Shown: positions 29,974-40,153 of the stretch, one piece after another | Layout: each line of letters starts with the position of its first letter | How positions within the stretch are numbered: the stretch's first letter is position 1 | Virus record (IMG/VR): IMGVR_UViG_3300020048_000027 | Span: 64,001 to 128,000 of that record | DNA: 64,000 nucleotides | Reading direction: 5' to 3' (one strand) | Origin: a virus | The notes under the pieces: generated by a model | What the model saw: only the letters and a program-made list of their open reading frames with translations | Database searches by the model: none | Told to the model about the DNA's origin: nothing | Program-made: the position numbers and the translations under genes

Positions 29974-31230
29974 TTAAATTTTTGTAAATTTTGGTAAGTT
30001 AAGTGGAATTTGTAATGGTTGTAAGATTACGTGTTCCTTTATAATATGCTTAAGACTGTCTGACATTTTATCGTAACTAAACCGAGTTCTTGTTATATAG
30101 CCTTGTCTTTTAGCCAACTCTTTATACTTTTTATAGTTCTTAAATACTTCTTTAAAAGCTTGTGATACTTGTTCATCACTAGGTGTAAACCATAGAGCTT
30201 CCTCTAGTATCATTCCTTTAACTGCTGCGCTTTTATCTACTTTTCTTAACTCTCCTCCTACTACTATTGTAAATTCTTTAGATAAGAAATCAACTTGACC
30301 TGACCAGCCTGATGCTATTACCGGTTTATCGGTTGTTGTAAACTCTAGTAAAGGTCTTCCAAATCCTTCTCCCTTTGTTAGAGATACCATCGCTTTAACT
30401 TTCTCATGATTATACAGCTCATTCACTTCTTCGTCTGACAATTCTCCATGCAGTACGTAAATGTTAGGAAGCGTTCCTTTAACGGTTTTTCTTATTTCAT
30501 CTATCTTTTTCAAAATTTTCTCCTTATCCATCACGGAACTTCCTCCTACTTGTGTTTTTAGTATAAGAGCTGGAGCATTAGGCTTATTCTTAAAAGTCTC
30601 TAAAAAACTCTTAACAAGATACCCTACGTTTTTTCTATCTTCTCCTATTTTTCCTTGCATCCAATGTCCAACAAAAAGATAACACCAGCTTTCTTTTATT
30701 GAAGATATATCGAGTGTGGACTTAACAGGAAAATATGTATTTAAATCTACTCCTTCAAATAGTATTTTTATAGGAGTTCCAAGCTCTACCTTAGAAGTTA
30801 TCTGACCTGTTCTTGAATCTTGTACACTATACTTGCTATCCTGTAGTACAGTTTTTCCATGTTCTGAAGAGACTATAATTAAGTCCATTCTATTACATCC
30901 CTCTATCCAACTTGCATCTGCTAAAGTAGTTTCCATAGCAGCTGTTACTCCTATATTGTACCTACCTACTTTTTGAAATTCATTCGGGACTGTAATTTGA
31001 ATAAATACATCAGGTTGGTAGTCTGCTGAATTTACTATTAACGGTGTAAGCATTGTATCGTTATGATCTGCTAAGTAACCTGTTCTTGTATTTCCCCATC
31101 TCTTAGAAAGTATTTTTACATCCCAATCAGGTTGTGTTTCTATAAGCGCTTTTACGAAGTCCCTACTACGAGCTCCATATCCAGAGAATGTATCTACTGG
31201 TGCTGATACTATACATGTTGCTTTTCTCAT
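29974..31230 (-). CDS. glycosyltransferase family 4
   Basis: SGYG, RKN, GEGFGRPLLE. Confidence 0.85.
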   Translation of the reverse strand: MRKATCIVSAPVDTFSGYGARSRDFVKALIETQPDWDVKILSKRWGNTRTGYLADHNDTMLTPLIVNSADYQPDVFIQITVPNEFQKVGRYNIGVTAAMETTLADASWIEGCNRMDLIIVSSEHGKTVLQDSKYSVQDSRTGQITSKVELGTPIKILFEGVDLNTYFPVKSTLDISSIKESWCYLFVGHWMQGKIGEDRKNVGYLVKSFLETFKNKPNAPALILKTQVGGSSVMDKEKILKKIDEIRKTVKGTLPNIYVLHGELSDEEVNELYNHEKVKAMVSLTKGEGFGRPLLEFTTTDKPVIASGWSGQVDFLSKEFTIVVGGELRKVDKSAAVKGMILEEALWFTPSDEQVSQAFKEVFKNYKKYKELAKRQGYITRTRFSYDKMSDSLKHIIKEHVILQPLQIPLNLPKFTKI

Positions 31231-31231
31231 A

Positions 31232-32155
31232 TTAATAATCTGTGATTTTATGTGTTATATATTTTTTAGGTACCTCTTTAGCTTTATATATGTTGTACTT
31301 AGGTCTAGGTATAAAGTTCTCTAACACAGTATCCATAGCGTTAATAACATTATTACACATTCCTTTTGCACTCATTCCGGATTCTTCTGATAATACCCAT
31401 TCTCTTCCTGCTTTACCTCTTCTCTCTCTTTCTTCCGTAGACATTTTATAGACTTCCCCTATTGCTGTTGCAATATCTTCTGCTGATGCTCTATCATCTG
31501 AAATGTATGGTGTAGGTATGGATCCTACAATATGTAAATTGCTAGGAAAAACTGGGATTGCCCATTCACCACAATCTTTAACTGTTCCTCTATGGTTGGA
31601 AGGAAAATCAGAGTTAAAATCTATCCACTTTCCATCTTTTTCAAATCTCATTTGATCTTGCATCCCTCCTGTAACTGTTGCTATAATCATAGTCTCAGAC
31701 ATCATAGATTCTGTCAAGGATAATCCCCAACCTTCATTTGAGGAAGTTAGTAAGCTTACATCTGCTAAGTTATACAGGTAATTCATCTGAGGTGTGTTCA
31801 AATGATCTGTGGAAAAATATACATTTATATAACTATCATCACAAAACGCATCTCGTACTGCATATAGGTCTGTTCCGTTACTGTCTACTGGATCTGTGTG
31901 CATAACAAGGGCACATTTACTAGATGCTTCCTTACCTATTCTGTCACAGAATATTCGATAAGCTACCATGATATTTGCAGGACCTTTTCTTTGAATATTC
32001 CTAGAATTCCAAAATACTACGTACTTTATATCCTTACCGTTAAATATAGTTTCCTTAAAAGCTCGGTATGTCTCATCCTCTCCTATCTTATAGAAAGATT
32101 CGCTATTAATACCATGAGGTACATATTTAATTAATATTTTTTGTTTCTCTTGCAT
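31232..32155 (-). CDS. glycosyltransferase family 4, C-terminal half
   Basis: VPHGI, RNIQRK, EGWGLSLTES. Confidence 0.8.
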   Translation of the reverse strand: MQEKQKILIKYVPHGINSESFYKIGEDETYRAFKETIFNGKDIKYVVFWNSRNIQRKGPANIMVAYRIFCDRIGKEASSKCALVMHTDPVDSNGTDLYAVRDAFCDDSYINVYFSTDHLNTPQMNYLYNLADVSLLTSSNEGWGLSLTESMMSETMIIATVTGGMQDQMRFEKDGKWIDFNSDFPSNHRGTVKDCGEWAIPVFPSNLHIVGSIPTPYISDDRASAEDIATAIGEVYKMSTEERERRGKAGREWVLSEESGMSAKGMCNNVINAMDTVLENFIPRPKYNIYKAKEVPKKYITHKITDY

Positions 32156-32164
32156 AACTTTTAT

Positions 32165-32710
32165 TTATCCTAAATCAATTATTTCTAATTCTGTACGTTC
32201 TAATATAGATTTTGTGAGTGCTTTAGTCTGCTTAGAGATACACATGTGCAAATCTACAGATTCATAAAACGCTTCATTATATAATGGTGCTGGAGTTGAA
32301 TCCCATATAGAAAGGTATGCGATTGGAATTGTTGACCTAATCTCTCTCTCTATATCGAATAACCATGTCCAATATCTTGGATCGGTAAATATCATTACTA
32401 TATCAGGTTTTTCTAGTCTCATAAGATGTCTGATTGTATCTGCATCTCCATACCCTATGTTAGGTAACACTCTTACGTTCGAATCTTTTAGTCCTGTAAT
32501 TCTATTCACTTCATCCGAAAGACTGAGAATCTTACCTGCATCCGGGTTACTTAGTGCTGCACCTAGATTTATCCAGTTATAGTGGTGGGCTGTACCGATT
32601 ACAATCTCTCTTGCCATCGTAGCTATACCAGAACTCATACGAATATCATCACACAACAGTAGGACTTTTTTCCTGTCCTCTTGTTTTAATGGTTTAAGTT
32701 TTTCTTGCAT
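32165..32710 (-). CDS. glycosyltransferase family 4, N-terminal half
   Basis: LLLCDD..SGIA, EKPDIV, IWD. Confidence 0.7.
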   Translation of the reverse strand: MQEKLKPLKQEDRKKVLLLCDDIRMSSGIATMAREIVIGTAHHYNWINLGAALSNPDAGKILSLSDEVNRITGLKDSNVRVLPNIGYGDADTIRHLMRLEKPDIVMIFTDPRYWTWLFDIEREIRSTIPIAYLSIWDSTPAPLYNEAFYESVDLHMCISKQTKALTKSILERTELEIIDLG

Positions 32711-32711
32711 G

Positions 32712-32903
32712 TTACTTTTTTACTTTTGTACTACTTTGATTATACACTTTCTCCTTATACTCCATATCTGTAAGATATAAAAAAATCGAACGGGATACAA
32801 GCTTTTGTAATGAAAACTTATCTCTCTTACATTGATCTTTAAACTCCTCGTACAATTGTGGATCTAGTCGTATTGACGTTAGCGATTTGTTTTCGTTTTT
32901 CAT
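32712..32903 (-). CDS. ribbon-helix-helix-like DNA-binding protein
   Basis: TSIRLD..LYEEFK pattern. Confidence 0.55.
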   Translation of the reverse strand: MKNENKSLTSIRLDPQLYEEFKDQCKRDKFSLQKLVSRSIFLYLTDMEYKEKVYNQSSTKVKK

Positions 32904-32910
32904 ATTATAA

Positions 32911-33846
32911 TTATTTAATTATTGCATCTTTACATATTCCCAGTTTTGCAAAATCACAAAACCTACAAGCTTTTTCTGAAGGAGTACTTATGTGTTGTTT
33001 ATCAATCACTTCACTACCTTCCTCTAATACGCTTTTAACAAAGCTATTTAATGCACTGATAGCTTTTCCTCGTTTTATTTTACCGGAAGCAGGTACAAAT
33101 TGTTGTACTCTTCTTTGCATAGCTGGAAAATCAGCTTCAACAGGTATATGTCTTTTTACGATGAAGTACTCTACGTCCACGTTATCTACACTAACTCCGT
33201 ACTGTTCCGCAAAATACTCTTTATATAGCAGTATTTGAGCGATTTTTGTATCATCTGCTTTTTGCCACTTGTTCCAACCTGTTGTAGAAGTTTTTATATC
33301 TAATATTAACCATTTTTCTGTAGCTTCATTATAGAATACTAAATCGATATACCCTCGATAGTATACGTTAGGGCGTAACTCCCTGTATAATAGCGTTTCT
33401 ATCCCTGCTAAATGTACCTGCTTACTACTAAAGTATGTTAAGCGTTTTCTCTTTATATAGTCCAGTATGTAGGTCCCTTCTAAGTAAAACATTTGAAGTT
33501 CTTCTGAAGAAGAAAATAATTTATCTGAAGATTCCTTCTGTTTAACGTACTCTTTTACCATTGAGTTGTATAGTAAGGAGTTCACATCCATCTCGTTAGC
33601 ATCTTTTATACTTCCATTATATACTACATCTAACCAAGCCTGTAATGTTTCATGAAAAGCTGTTCCGAATACTAAATGTATAGATGGTTCCTGTACACCT
33701 AGTTTATCTAAGTATTTATATTGCCACTGTTTTGGACAGTTCAAATAAGTTGTCAGTTGACTGTATGAAAAAGTCTTAGCACCTTCTACCGGGGTAGGTG
33801 TTTTACTTTTAAAGTCTTTTATAATATTAGGAATTTTTTTTGCCAA
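32911..33846 (-). CDS. PD-(D/E)XK nuclease (RecB/Cas4-like exonuclease)
   Basis: SYSQ..CP, GTAFH, GYID, DIKT, Q..LY, CRFC. Confidence 0.85.
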   Translation of the reverse strand: MAKKIPNIIKDFKSKTPTPVEGAKTFSYSQLTTYLNCPKQWQYKYLDKLGVQEPSIHLVFGTAFHETLQAWLDVVYNGSIKDANEMDVNSLLYNSMVKEYVKQKESSDKLFSSSEELQMFYLEGTYILDYIKRKRLTYFSSKQVHLAGIETLLYRELRPNVYYRGYIDLVFYNEATEKWLILDIKTSTTGWNKWQKADDTKIAQILLYKEYFAEQYGVSVDNVDVEYFIVKRHIPVEADFPAMQRRVQQFVPASGKIKRGKAISALNSFVKSVLEEGSEVIDKQHISTPSEKACRFCDFAKLGICKDAIIK

Positions 33847-33847
33847 A

Positions 33848-34222
33848 CTATTTCCAGTTTTTTCTCCCTACTATCATGCCAATTATTCCATAATTTGCAA
33901 TATCTATAAAGGTATCCTCAATTGATTCTCCTACTACGTATGCTGTGTTATTTTTCAGTAAGTTTTTTAACCTACTTATCTTATCGTGTAATCTAGTCTG
34001 TATACCTGTCAGTGAATATTTAATATCCTCTTTATCTTGCATGTTTCCTCCCATAGCTATGTTTCCTATTCCATAATCTAGCATTTTTCTTGCAAAAAGA
34101 TCATACTGTTCTTGCTGTATGTTTAAGAATTCTTTTGATAAGTGGGGGTATGTTTTTTCAAACATTTCTACTGCAGTAGTTCTAATTATCCCTATTAACA
34201 GGTCTGTTTTTTCCGGTTCCAT
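33848..34222 (-). CDS. DUF1599 / nucleotide-modification-associated domain protein
   Basis: K..DYG, DKISR, ESIEDT..DIANY. Confidence 0.7.
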   Translation of the reverse strand: MEPEKTDLLIGIIRTTAVEMFEKTYPHLSKEFLNIQQEQYDLFARKMLDYGIGNIAMGGNMQDKEDIKYSLTGIQTRLHDKISRLKNLLKNNTAYVVGESIEDTFIDIANYGIIGMIVGRKNWK

Positions 34223-34313
34223 TTATATAACTTTTAATTTTAATATAACTTTAAGATACGAAAAGAGTCGGCAGGAACCAACTCTTTTTATATATTTTTA
34301 CTATTAAGGAATC

Positions 34314-35399
34314 TTATAGGTACCTTTTTTTATTCTGCATTTCGTCTTTAACCTTCTCTTTTGGTTGCCAATCTACTGTACCGTCCTCATGTTCTACCCT
34401 CCATTTTGTAGGTCCCTTTTGAACTACGTTAACAATCTTGTTATCATTCTCTGCCACTATTTTAGAAACTTTATCTAATGTATCCTTAAATTCCTGCTTA
34501 CTCATAGAAGGTACAGGTGCTACCTCTTCCGCTACAACTTCTAGATTGTCCCATTCCCTAAAGTTATTCTCTATCTCACCATATAGATTCTCTTTAGGTT
34601 TTGCCTGTTCAAAAGCAAAGCTTGCTGCAATTACTAGAGAGATAGCTAGAGGGTCAAATACGAATATAATGACTAATAATAGCCAATTTATAATTCTGTT
34701 CATAGGAATATCAAACAAGGTACTTAGGTACTTTAATGGACCCACCTCACTTGCAACAGTGGATGCACTACGTACTTCTGCTACTTCTTCTGTAGTAGAA
34801 TATACTTTACCTGTTAGTTCATCAACCTTGGCCGTAACTTCCTTTTCCCTACTTGTTGCATCGTTTAGCTGTTTTTCTAGTGCTTGTCTTGTTCCTTTAG
34901 AAGTTGTGGTAACTGTATTACCGTTTTTATCAACGTACTGTAGCTTATTTGTGACAAGGCCAGTACGTAGCGTCTGTATTGATTCTGATAATTCTTTTTT
35001 TTCTGTGTTATAAATTGCAAGTTGCTCACTATACCCTGTTTTCCTACTCTCTAACAATCCTATCTGGTTATCTACAACTTCTAACTGGTTTGCAGTATTT
35101 TGGTAAGCTGCTGATAAGAATCCGTAAATTCCCATAGATGTGATTAGTACAAGTATTGTAGTAGCTACTACTAGATATATCCTAAGCACTTTATTAATGC
35201 TATCCCAATACCTGTATAGTAAAGAGGCTATTACTAACTTTGCAACTTCTAAAGATCCAGTCATAATTATTACCTCTGTAGATGCTCCTGCAAACAGTTT
35301 ACTTAGTCCACTCACACTGTAAAATGCAGCTGATGTGGATACTGCTAAAGCTGTTAAAGTAATCAGAACTGGAAATGCATATCTTCTAATTTGTTTCAT
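34314..35399 (-). CDS. multi-TM coiled-coil membrane protein
   Basis: Three N-terminal TMs, coiled coil, VFDPLA TM. Confidence 0.7.
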   Translation of the reverse strand: MKQIRRYAFPVLITLTALAVSTSAAFYSVSGLSKLFAGASTEVIIMTGSLEVAKLVIASLLYRYWDSINKVLRIYLVVATTILVLITSMGIYGFLSAAYQNTANQLEVVDNQIGLLESRKTGYSEQLAIYNTEKKELSESIQTLRTGLVTNKLQYVDKNGNTVTTTSKGTRQALEKQLNDATSREKEVTAKVDELTGKVYSTTEEVAEVRSASTVASEVGPLKYLSTLFDIPMNRIINWLLLVIIFVFDPLAISLVIAASFAFEQAKPKENLYGEIENNFREWDNLEVVAEEVAPVPSMSKQEFKDTLDKVSKIVAENDNKIVNVVQKGPTKWRVEHEDGTVDWQPKEKVKDEMQNKKRYL

Positions 35400-35400
35400 A

Positions 35401-35808
35401 TTACTGAAGTGCTATCGCTGCTATTGCTATTAAAGCTACGCCTGTAGAAGCCTTATACAATACTGATTTAATATTTGCTTTTCGTAATGTGTTTACTAAG
35501 TCTTTATTTAACTCTCTTCCAAACTCAGTTTCTTTTTCTGCTAGTAGTGTAAGATTGGTTTGGTTAAGTAAAAGTATGTCTTTATAGACTATTATACTAT
35601 CCTGCTTGCTTGATTTCATTTCTAATATACTTATTTTTTCTCTTAGAAACTCAACCTCTTTCTTAGCAGCATCACCACGAACAAGATCTTTTACAACTAA
35701 CCTTGCTACTGCTTGTGATAGCTGTATTGAGGTGTTACTTGTAGCGTTCTGCGAAAAACAGCTTAAGCTCACTAGTGCTATAATTATTAATAGTTTGAAT
35801 CTGCTCAT
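35401..35808 (-). CDS. signal-peptide protein, spanin-like candidate
   Basis: N-terminal signal, C-terminal hydrophobic tail, overlaps 35735..36076. Confidence 0.4.
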   Translation of the reverse strand: MSRFKLLIIIALVSLSCFSQNATSNTSIQLSQAVARLVVKDLVRGDAAKKEVEFLREKISILEMKSSKQDSIIVYKDILLLNQTNLTLLAEKETEFGRELNKDLVNTLRKANIKSVLYKASTGVALIAIAAIALQ

Positions 35809-36076
35809 CTAATTTATCTTTTAGTATTACTATTTTTTTATCCTGTAAGGATATTTCTTTATTTAATTCAACAATTTCACCTGTAAGTGTTGATACCTCT
35901 GCTTTAATATGCTTATTGATAGATTGTAAAGAGTCTGCTTTCTTCTCTAACATCTCAATCTGTGCTTTGTACTTGGTTTTATCTACTGTGTTAAATGTAT
36001 TAGTTGCTACAAAGTATACTACTAATATCACTACGACACCTAATACTATTAACTGTCTGTATTTAGTGCTTTCCAT
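35735..36076 (-). CDS. N-terminal TM coiled-coil protein, spanin-like candidate
   Basis: Topology and overlap. Confidence 0.4.
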   Translation of the reverse strand: MESTKYRQLIVLGVVVILVVYFVATNTFNTVDKTKYKAQIEMLEKKADSLQSINKHIKAEVSTLTGEIVELNKEISLQDKKIVILKDKLDEQIQTINNYSTSELKLFFAERYK

Positions 36077-36085
36077 GTTTTTTAT

Positions 36086-36409
36086 TTATTTTCTTTTACG
36101 TACTTTTCTAACTGGTACATCTTCTTCTTCCTCATAACTTTCTTCTTCCTCATAACTTTCTTCTTCCTCCGCTGGTGGTGCTTTTCTATAAGCCCCTACT
36201 GCTTTACTTACCTCTGATATTCCGAACGAGCCTAACGCTAACATAAGGAATGAATTATAGATATACTCAGTTACTGTAACTCCGTCAAAGAATAATGATG
36301 ATATTAAATCTGCAAATGCAAATATTACCATTATTCCAAATGACATAAAACCTACTATGGTCTTCTCATTAAGGTCGTTCTTATCTTTAAAAATGTCTAA
36401 AAATTTCAT
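36086..36409 (-). CDS. two-TM protein with acidic tail, holin-like candidate (start MKFLDI)
   Basis: Two TMs; EEEESY repeat. Confidence 0.45.
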   Translation of the reverse strand: MKFLDIFKDKNDLNEKTIVGFMSFGIMVIFAFADLISSLFFDGVTVTEYIYNSFLMLALGSFGISEVSKAVGAYRKAPPAEEEESYEEEESYEEEEDVPVRKVRKRK

Positions 36410-36498
36410 TACTTTACTTTTTACATAGTTGTACATAGTGTAACATATTTTAATGTAACCTTTATATAACATAAATAGCTTAATAATGCGATAAGTAC

Positions 36499-36723
36499 TT
36501 AATCCCTAAAGTTAGGAACTTCCTTTGGTAGAAATTCAGTGTTAACATGTCCGCAACTTATGCAAGCAAATAGTGGGATTGGTATGTAAGAAGTCTGCCC
36601 TGTCCCTGTAAGAAATCCTGATGCTTTTCTTATATGTAACGCTTGTTGAAAGTACATTCCTCCACATTCATCGCAAGTTACTGAGTCTGTTTGTGATATG
36701 TCTAAGTTTAATTTATTCTCCAT
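36499..36723 (-). CDS. zinc-ribbon protein
   Basis: CDEC...CISC. Confidence 0.65.
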   Translation of the reverse strand: MENKLNLDISQTDSVTCDECGGMYFQQALHIRKASGFLTGTGQTSYIPIPLFACISCGHVNTEFLPKEVPNFRD

Positions 36724-37018
36724 GTTCTTATTTTTTTGTTAGTTTTGCTTCCACCCAATCCTCAAATCTAATAGAACTATCCCAAGGTGCACTGCTCTTC
36801 CAGTATTGTTCATACTGTTTACGTAAGTCATTTAGTATCTGCTCTACTTCAGCTTTTTCGAATAACGGAAAACGTTGAGACGGTATGTCTGTATTTATTT
36901 TTCCTCGTTCTTTTAACTCATTATATTTTTCTATTGAACTACTCATAACTTATTTTTTTTAAAAAAAAGCTCTAAGACTACACCTAAGTACCTCAGAGCC
37001 TTTTTCATGTTAGTTCTA

Positions 37019-37192
37019 CTACTTTTTTGATTCTTCTACTGAGCATTTTCTATACTCGGTAACTAGTTTTTTCAAATCTCCAATATACTTTCTAGCTTTT
37101 GTTTGAGATGATTTTGTAGTTCCGTTATGTGCATCTGCGAACATTCTATAAAGTTCATTAATTTGTTCGAATACTTCTTCTTTTTTAGTCAT
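37019..37192 (-). CDS. Hc1-like histone-like protein (likely start MTKKEE)
   Basis: KARK...LKKLVTEYRK.SVE signature. Confidence 0.6.
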   Translation of the reverse strand: MTKKEEVFEQINELYRMFADAHNGTTKSSQTKARKYIGDLKKLVTEYRKCSVEESKK

Positions 37193-37323
37193 TTTCTTTA
37201 TTATTTGTTTATTGTCTACTTTAGGGAAAGTAAACTCTGTCCGTATTAACACATTCCCTCGATATGTCCATTTATCTAATAATCCGTATTGGTTTTTGAA
37301 TTCCCTGATTAGTAGTGTTTCCA

Positions 37324-38964
37324 TTACCCAAACATGCTTGGGTCAATTCCGCTATCGGCTACAGCTTCTGATTTTACGTTGTATACTACAGCCTCTGTGG
37401 TTAGCATTGTTCCTGCAACAGACGCTGCATTCTCTAAAGCAAGTCTTGTTACTTTAGTTGGATCGATTACCCCCTCTGTAAACATGTCGACGTACTTACC
37501 TGTTCTAGGGTTATATCCTGCCCAGAATTCACTATCAGCTGAAACTTTATCTGCAATTAGATTAGTTGCAGGTACGTCTAGTCCTGCATTATATAATATC
37601 TGATGAAACGGTTTAGAGATTGCGTTTATTACAATTTGATAACCTATTCTTTTATCTTCTGTTAGTTCCTTATTTGATAAAGATACTCTCAAATCTGTTG
37701 CGATATTAAGTAATGCTACGCCTCCTCCAGGTAATATACCTTCTTCTAAGGCTGCTTTTGTTGCATGTAGAGCATCGTCAACTCTATCTTTCTTCTCCTT
37801 CATCTCAATCTCAGTGTGTCCTCCTACGTGTACAACAGCAACTCCTCCTATAAACTTGGCTAATCTATTTTGTAAATTTTCTGTTAGGTAGTTTGACGTA
37901 CTATCTGCGATCTGTTGCTTAATTGCTTCAATTCTCTCAGAGATTTTATCCTGGTCTCCTAGCGCATCAATAATAGTGGTTACATCTTTACCTACTGTAA
38001 CTTTTTTAGCTTTACCTAACCAGTTAGTATCAAATTTATCTATCCTCATACCTTTTTCAGAAGATATTACTGATCCGCCTGTTAGAATTGCAATATCCTC
38101 TAGTAGATCTTTTTTACGGTCTCCAAAATCTGGTGCTTTTACTGCAACACATTGTAAGATTCCTCTCATCTTGTTTACTACTAATGTGGATAGTGCTTCT
38201 CCATCTATATCATCTGCAATAATTAACAATGATCGGTTTTGTTGTGATACTGCTTCAAGTAATGGTAGTAATTCCTTTACTTGATTTAATCGACCGGTAG
38301 TAATTAAAATTGCCGGGTCTTTTAAGATTGCTTGCATCGATGTGTTGTCTGTAACAAAGTAAGGTGATTTATATCCTCTATCGAATTGAACTCCTTCTAC
38401 AGTTTCAAGATAAGTCTCTCCTGTCTTAGATTCTTCTATTGCAATAACACCATCTCTACCTACCTTATCCATTGCTGCTGCAATTAACTCTCCTACTTCT
38501 AGATCATTATTAGCTGAGACAGTTGCAACTTGTTTAAGCTGGTCTTCTTCTGTAATCTCCACAGAATATTTTATCAAGCTTTCAACTACCTCCTTTACTG
38601 CATCGTCAATACCTCTTTTTACCTCAATAATATTACGTTCAGAGTTAGTATATTGCAGTCCCTGTTTATAAAGTTCTCTAGCTAGCAACGTAGAGGTAGT
38701 TGTACCATCTCCTGCCTGCTCTCCTGTTTTAATAGAAGCTTGTTTAACTAACTGTGCTCCTATATTTTCTACCTCATCTTCGAGATCTATACTTTTTGCT
38801 ACTGTTACCCCATCCTTCGTAGATGTTGGGTTACCTTGCGGCTGCTGTATCAATACATTTCTACCTGATGGTCCTAATGTTGCTACAACTGCGTTTGCTA
38901 ATTTATCGACTCCGTTTGCCAGTTGCTCTCTTGCATCTGATGAAAAAACTATTCTTTTACTCAT
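37324..38964 (-). CDS. groL: chaperonin GroEL
   Basis: TLGPSGRNV, TKDGVTVA, AGDGTTT, KAPDFGDR, PGGG. Confidence 0.97.
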   Translation of the reverse strand: MSKRIVFSSDAREQLANGVDKLANAVVATLGPSGRNVLIQQPQGNPTSTKDGVTVAKSIDLEDEVENIGAQLVKQASIKTGEQAGDGTTTSTLLARELYKQGLQYTNSERNIIEVKRGIDDAVKEVVESLIKYSVEITEEDQLKQVATVSANNDLEVGELIAAAMDKVGRDGVIAIEESKTGETYLETVEGVQFDRGYKSPYFVTDNTSMQAILKDPAILITTGRLNQVKELLPLLEAVSQQNRSLLIIADDIDGEALSTLVVNKMRGILQCVAVKAPDFGDRKKDLLEDIAILTGGSVISSEKGMRIDKFDTNWLGKAKKVTVGKDVTTIIDALGDQDKISERIEAIKQQIADSTSNYLTENLQNRLAKFIGGVAVVHVGGHTEIEMKEKKDRVDDALHATKAALEEGILPGGGVALLNIATDLRVSLSNKELTEDKRIGYQIVINAISKPFHQILYNAGLDVPATNLIADKVSADSEFWAGYNPRTGKYVDMFTEGVIDPTKVTRLALENAASVAGTMLTTEAVVYNVKSEAVADSGIDPSMFG

Positions 38965-38966
38965 AA

Positions 38967-39269
38967 CTATTTTAATTCTTTTATGGTTGCTAATATCTCT
39001 CTATCCGCTACTATGTAGAACTCTTCTCCTTCGAAATCGATTCGTAAACTTCCTATTTTAGGAATTAACACGATATCTCCTACTTTAGCATTCACAGGCA
39101 CCTGTGTGCCGAATTCAGATAACCTCCCTGGTCCGACTGCTACGACTTCCCCCATCTCAGGTTTCTCTTTTCCCATGTCTGGGATTATAATTGAACCGTA
39201 TCTTTCCTCACCCCCATCTGAAGGTTTTATCAGTACTCGATCATTTTGTGGAATAATTGTCTTACTCAT
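38967..39269 (-). CDS. groS: co-chaperonin GroES
   Basis: P.NDRVLI, IIIPD..KEKP..GEVVAVGPG. Confidence 0.95.
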   Translation of the reverse strand: MSKTIIPQNDRVLIKPSDGGEERYGSIIIPDMGKEKPEMGEVVAVGPGRLSEFGTQVPVNAKVGDIVLIPKIGSLRIDFEGEEFYIVADREILATIKELK

Positions 39270-39348
39270 TTAATAACTTTTCTTTTAATTAATAACTCTT
39301 ATCTTTTAATATAACTACTTTAGTTCGAAGTTCAAACTTAATTCATAA

Positions 39349-40119
39349 CTATTTTCTGGCTAACCAGTAACTGTTTGTATAGATATTCGTTAACCTTCTG
39401 TACTTCTCCAGCTTACCACTTTTAACAAAAGGTTTATGGAAATCTACATCTACCCAACTTAACATTCCCTCACTGTTCGGCTGTCCTGAAGCTCCTGTAG
39501 AGGTATTTGTAATTATTCCATGTCCGAATACATCATGTACTAACGTTCCTCCTTTTCTATAGTCTGTTCTAACTCTATAGGGTAACTCTTCTTTAGTCAC
39601 TTCAGCATCTTTTAAGGATATCTCTTTTTCCCCCATTAAGTTTTCTAAGTCGATTTTAAATTTTGCAAATAATGGCGGTAATACGTCTACTGTAACATTT
39701 TCCATATCTGCACCTGTCCTCTTAATATGAGATATTGCTTGCTGTCTAATATCAGCAGATCCTTTAAGCAGTAGTAAAGTTACCATTACATCCCCTGCTA
39801 CTACCACGACATAAACGTTTCCTACAGACTCTCCTGCTTTTATTACAATAGGGTATTCACTCTCCCCTGTTTTTAATACCGGTGCTAAAGCTGTTATAAT
39901 TCTATACTGGTTGCTTTTTAAAGCAGCTGTTTTGAAAGTTTCTAAGCTTGCTAACCTATTTAATAGTGCTTTCTCTATAACAGCTTTTAACTTACTGTCT
40001 AACTTTTCCTTACCGTACTTTTCATAAAACTGCTTAGCTACGTTAATCTCCAGGATAGTACCCCTTTCTGCCTTCCTTTCAAGGTAGTGTTGAGATGCAA
40101 ATATTTCTTTTATTATCAT
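39349..40119 (-). CDS. hypothetical protein
   Basis: ORF. Confidence 0.7.
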   Translation of the reverse strand: MIIKEIFASQHYLERKAERGTILEINVAKQFYEKYGKEKLDSKLKAVIEKALLNRLASLETFKTAALKSNQYRIITALAPVLKTGESEYPIVIKAGESVGNVYVVVVAGDVMVTLLLLKGSADIRQQAISHIKRTGADMENVTVDVLPPLFAKFKIDLENLMGEKEISLKDAEVTKEELPYRVRTDYRKGGTLVHDVFGHGIITNTSTGASGQPNSEGMLSWVDVDFHKPFVKSGKLEKYRRLTNIYTNSYWLARK

Positions 40120-40153
40120 ATTCTCTTTTACTTAGTATAGATATTACACTTAC

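Noticed and set aside
32911-33846. Cas4 as part of a CRISPR system
   Set aside because: Stand-alone PD-(D/E)XK exonucleases are common in phage replication regions, and there is no array or other cas gene.
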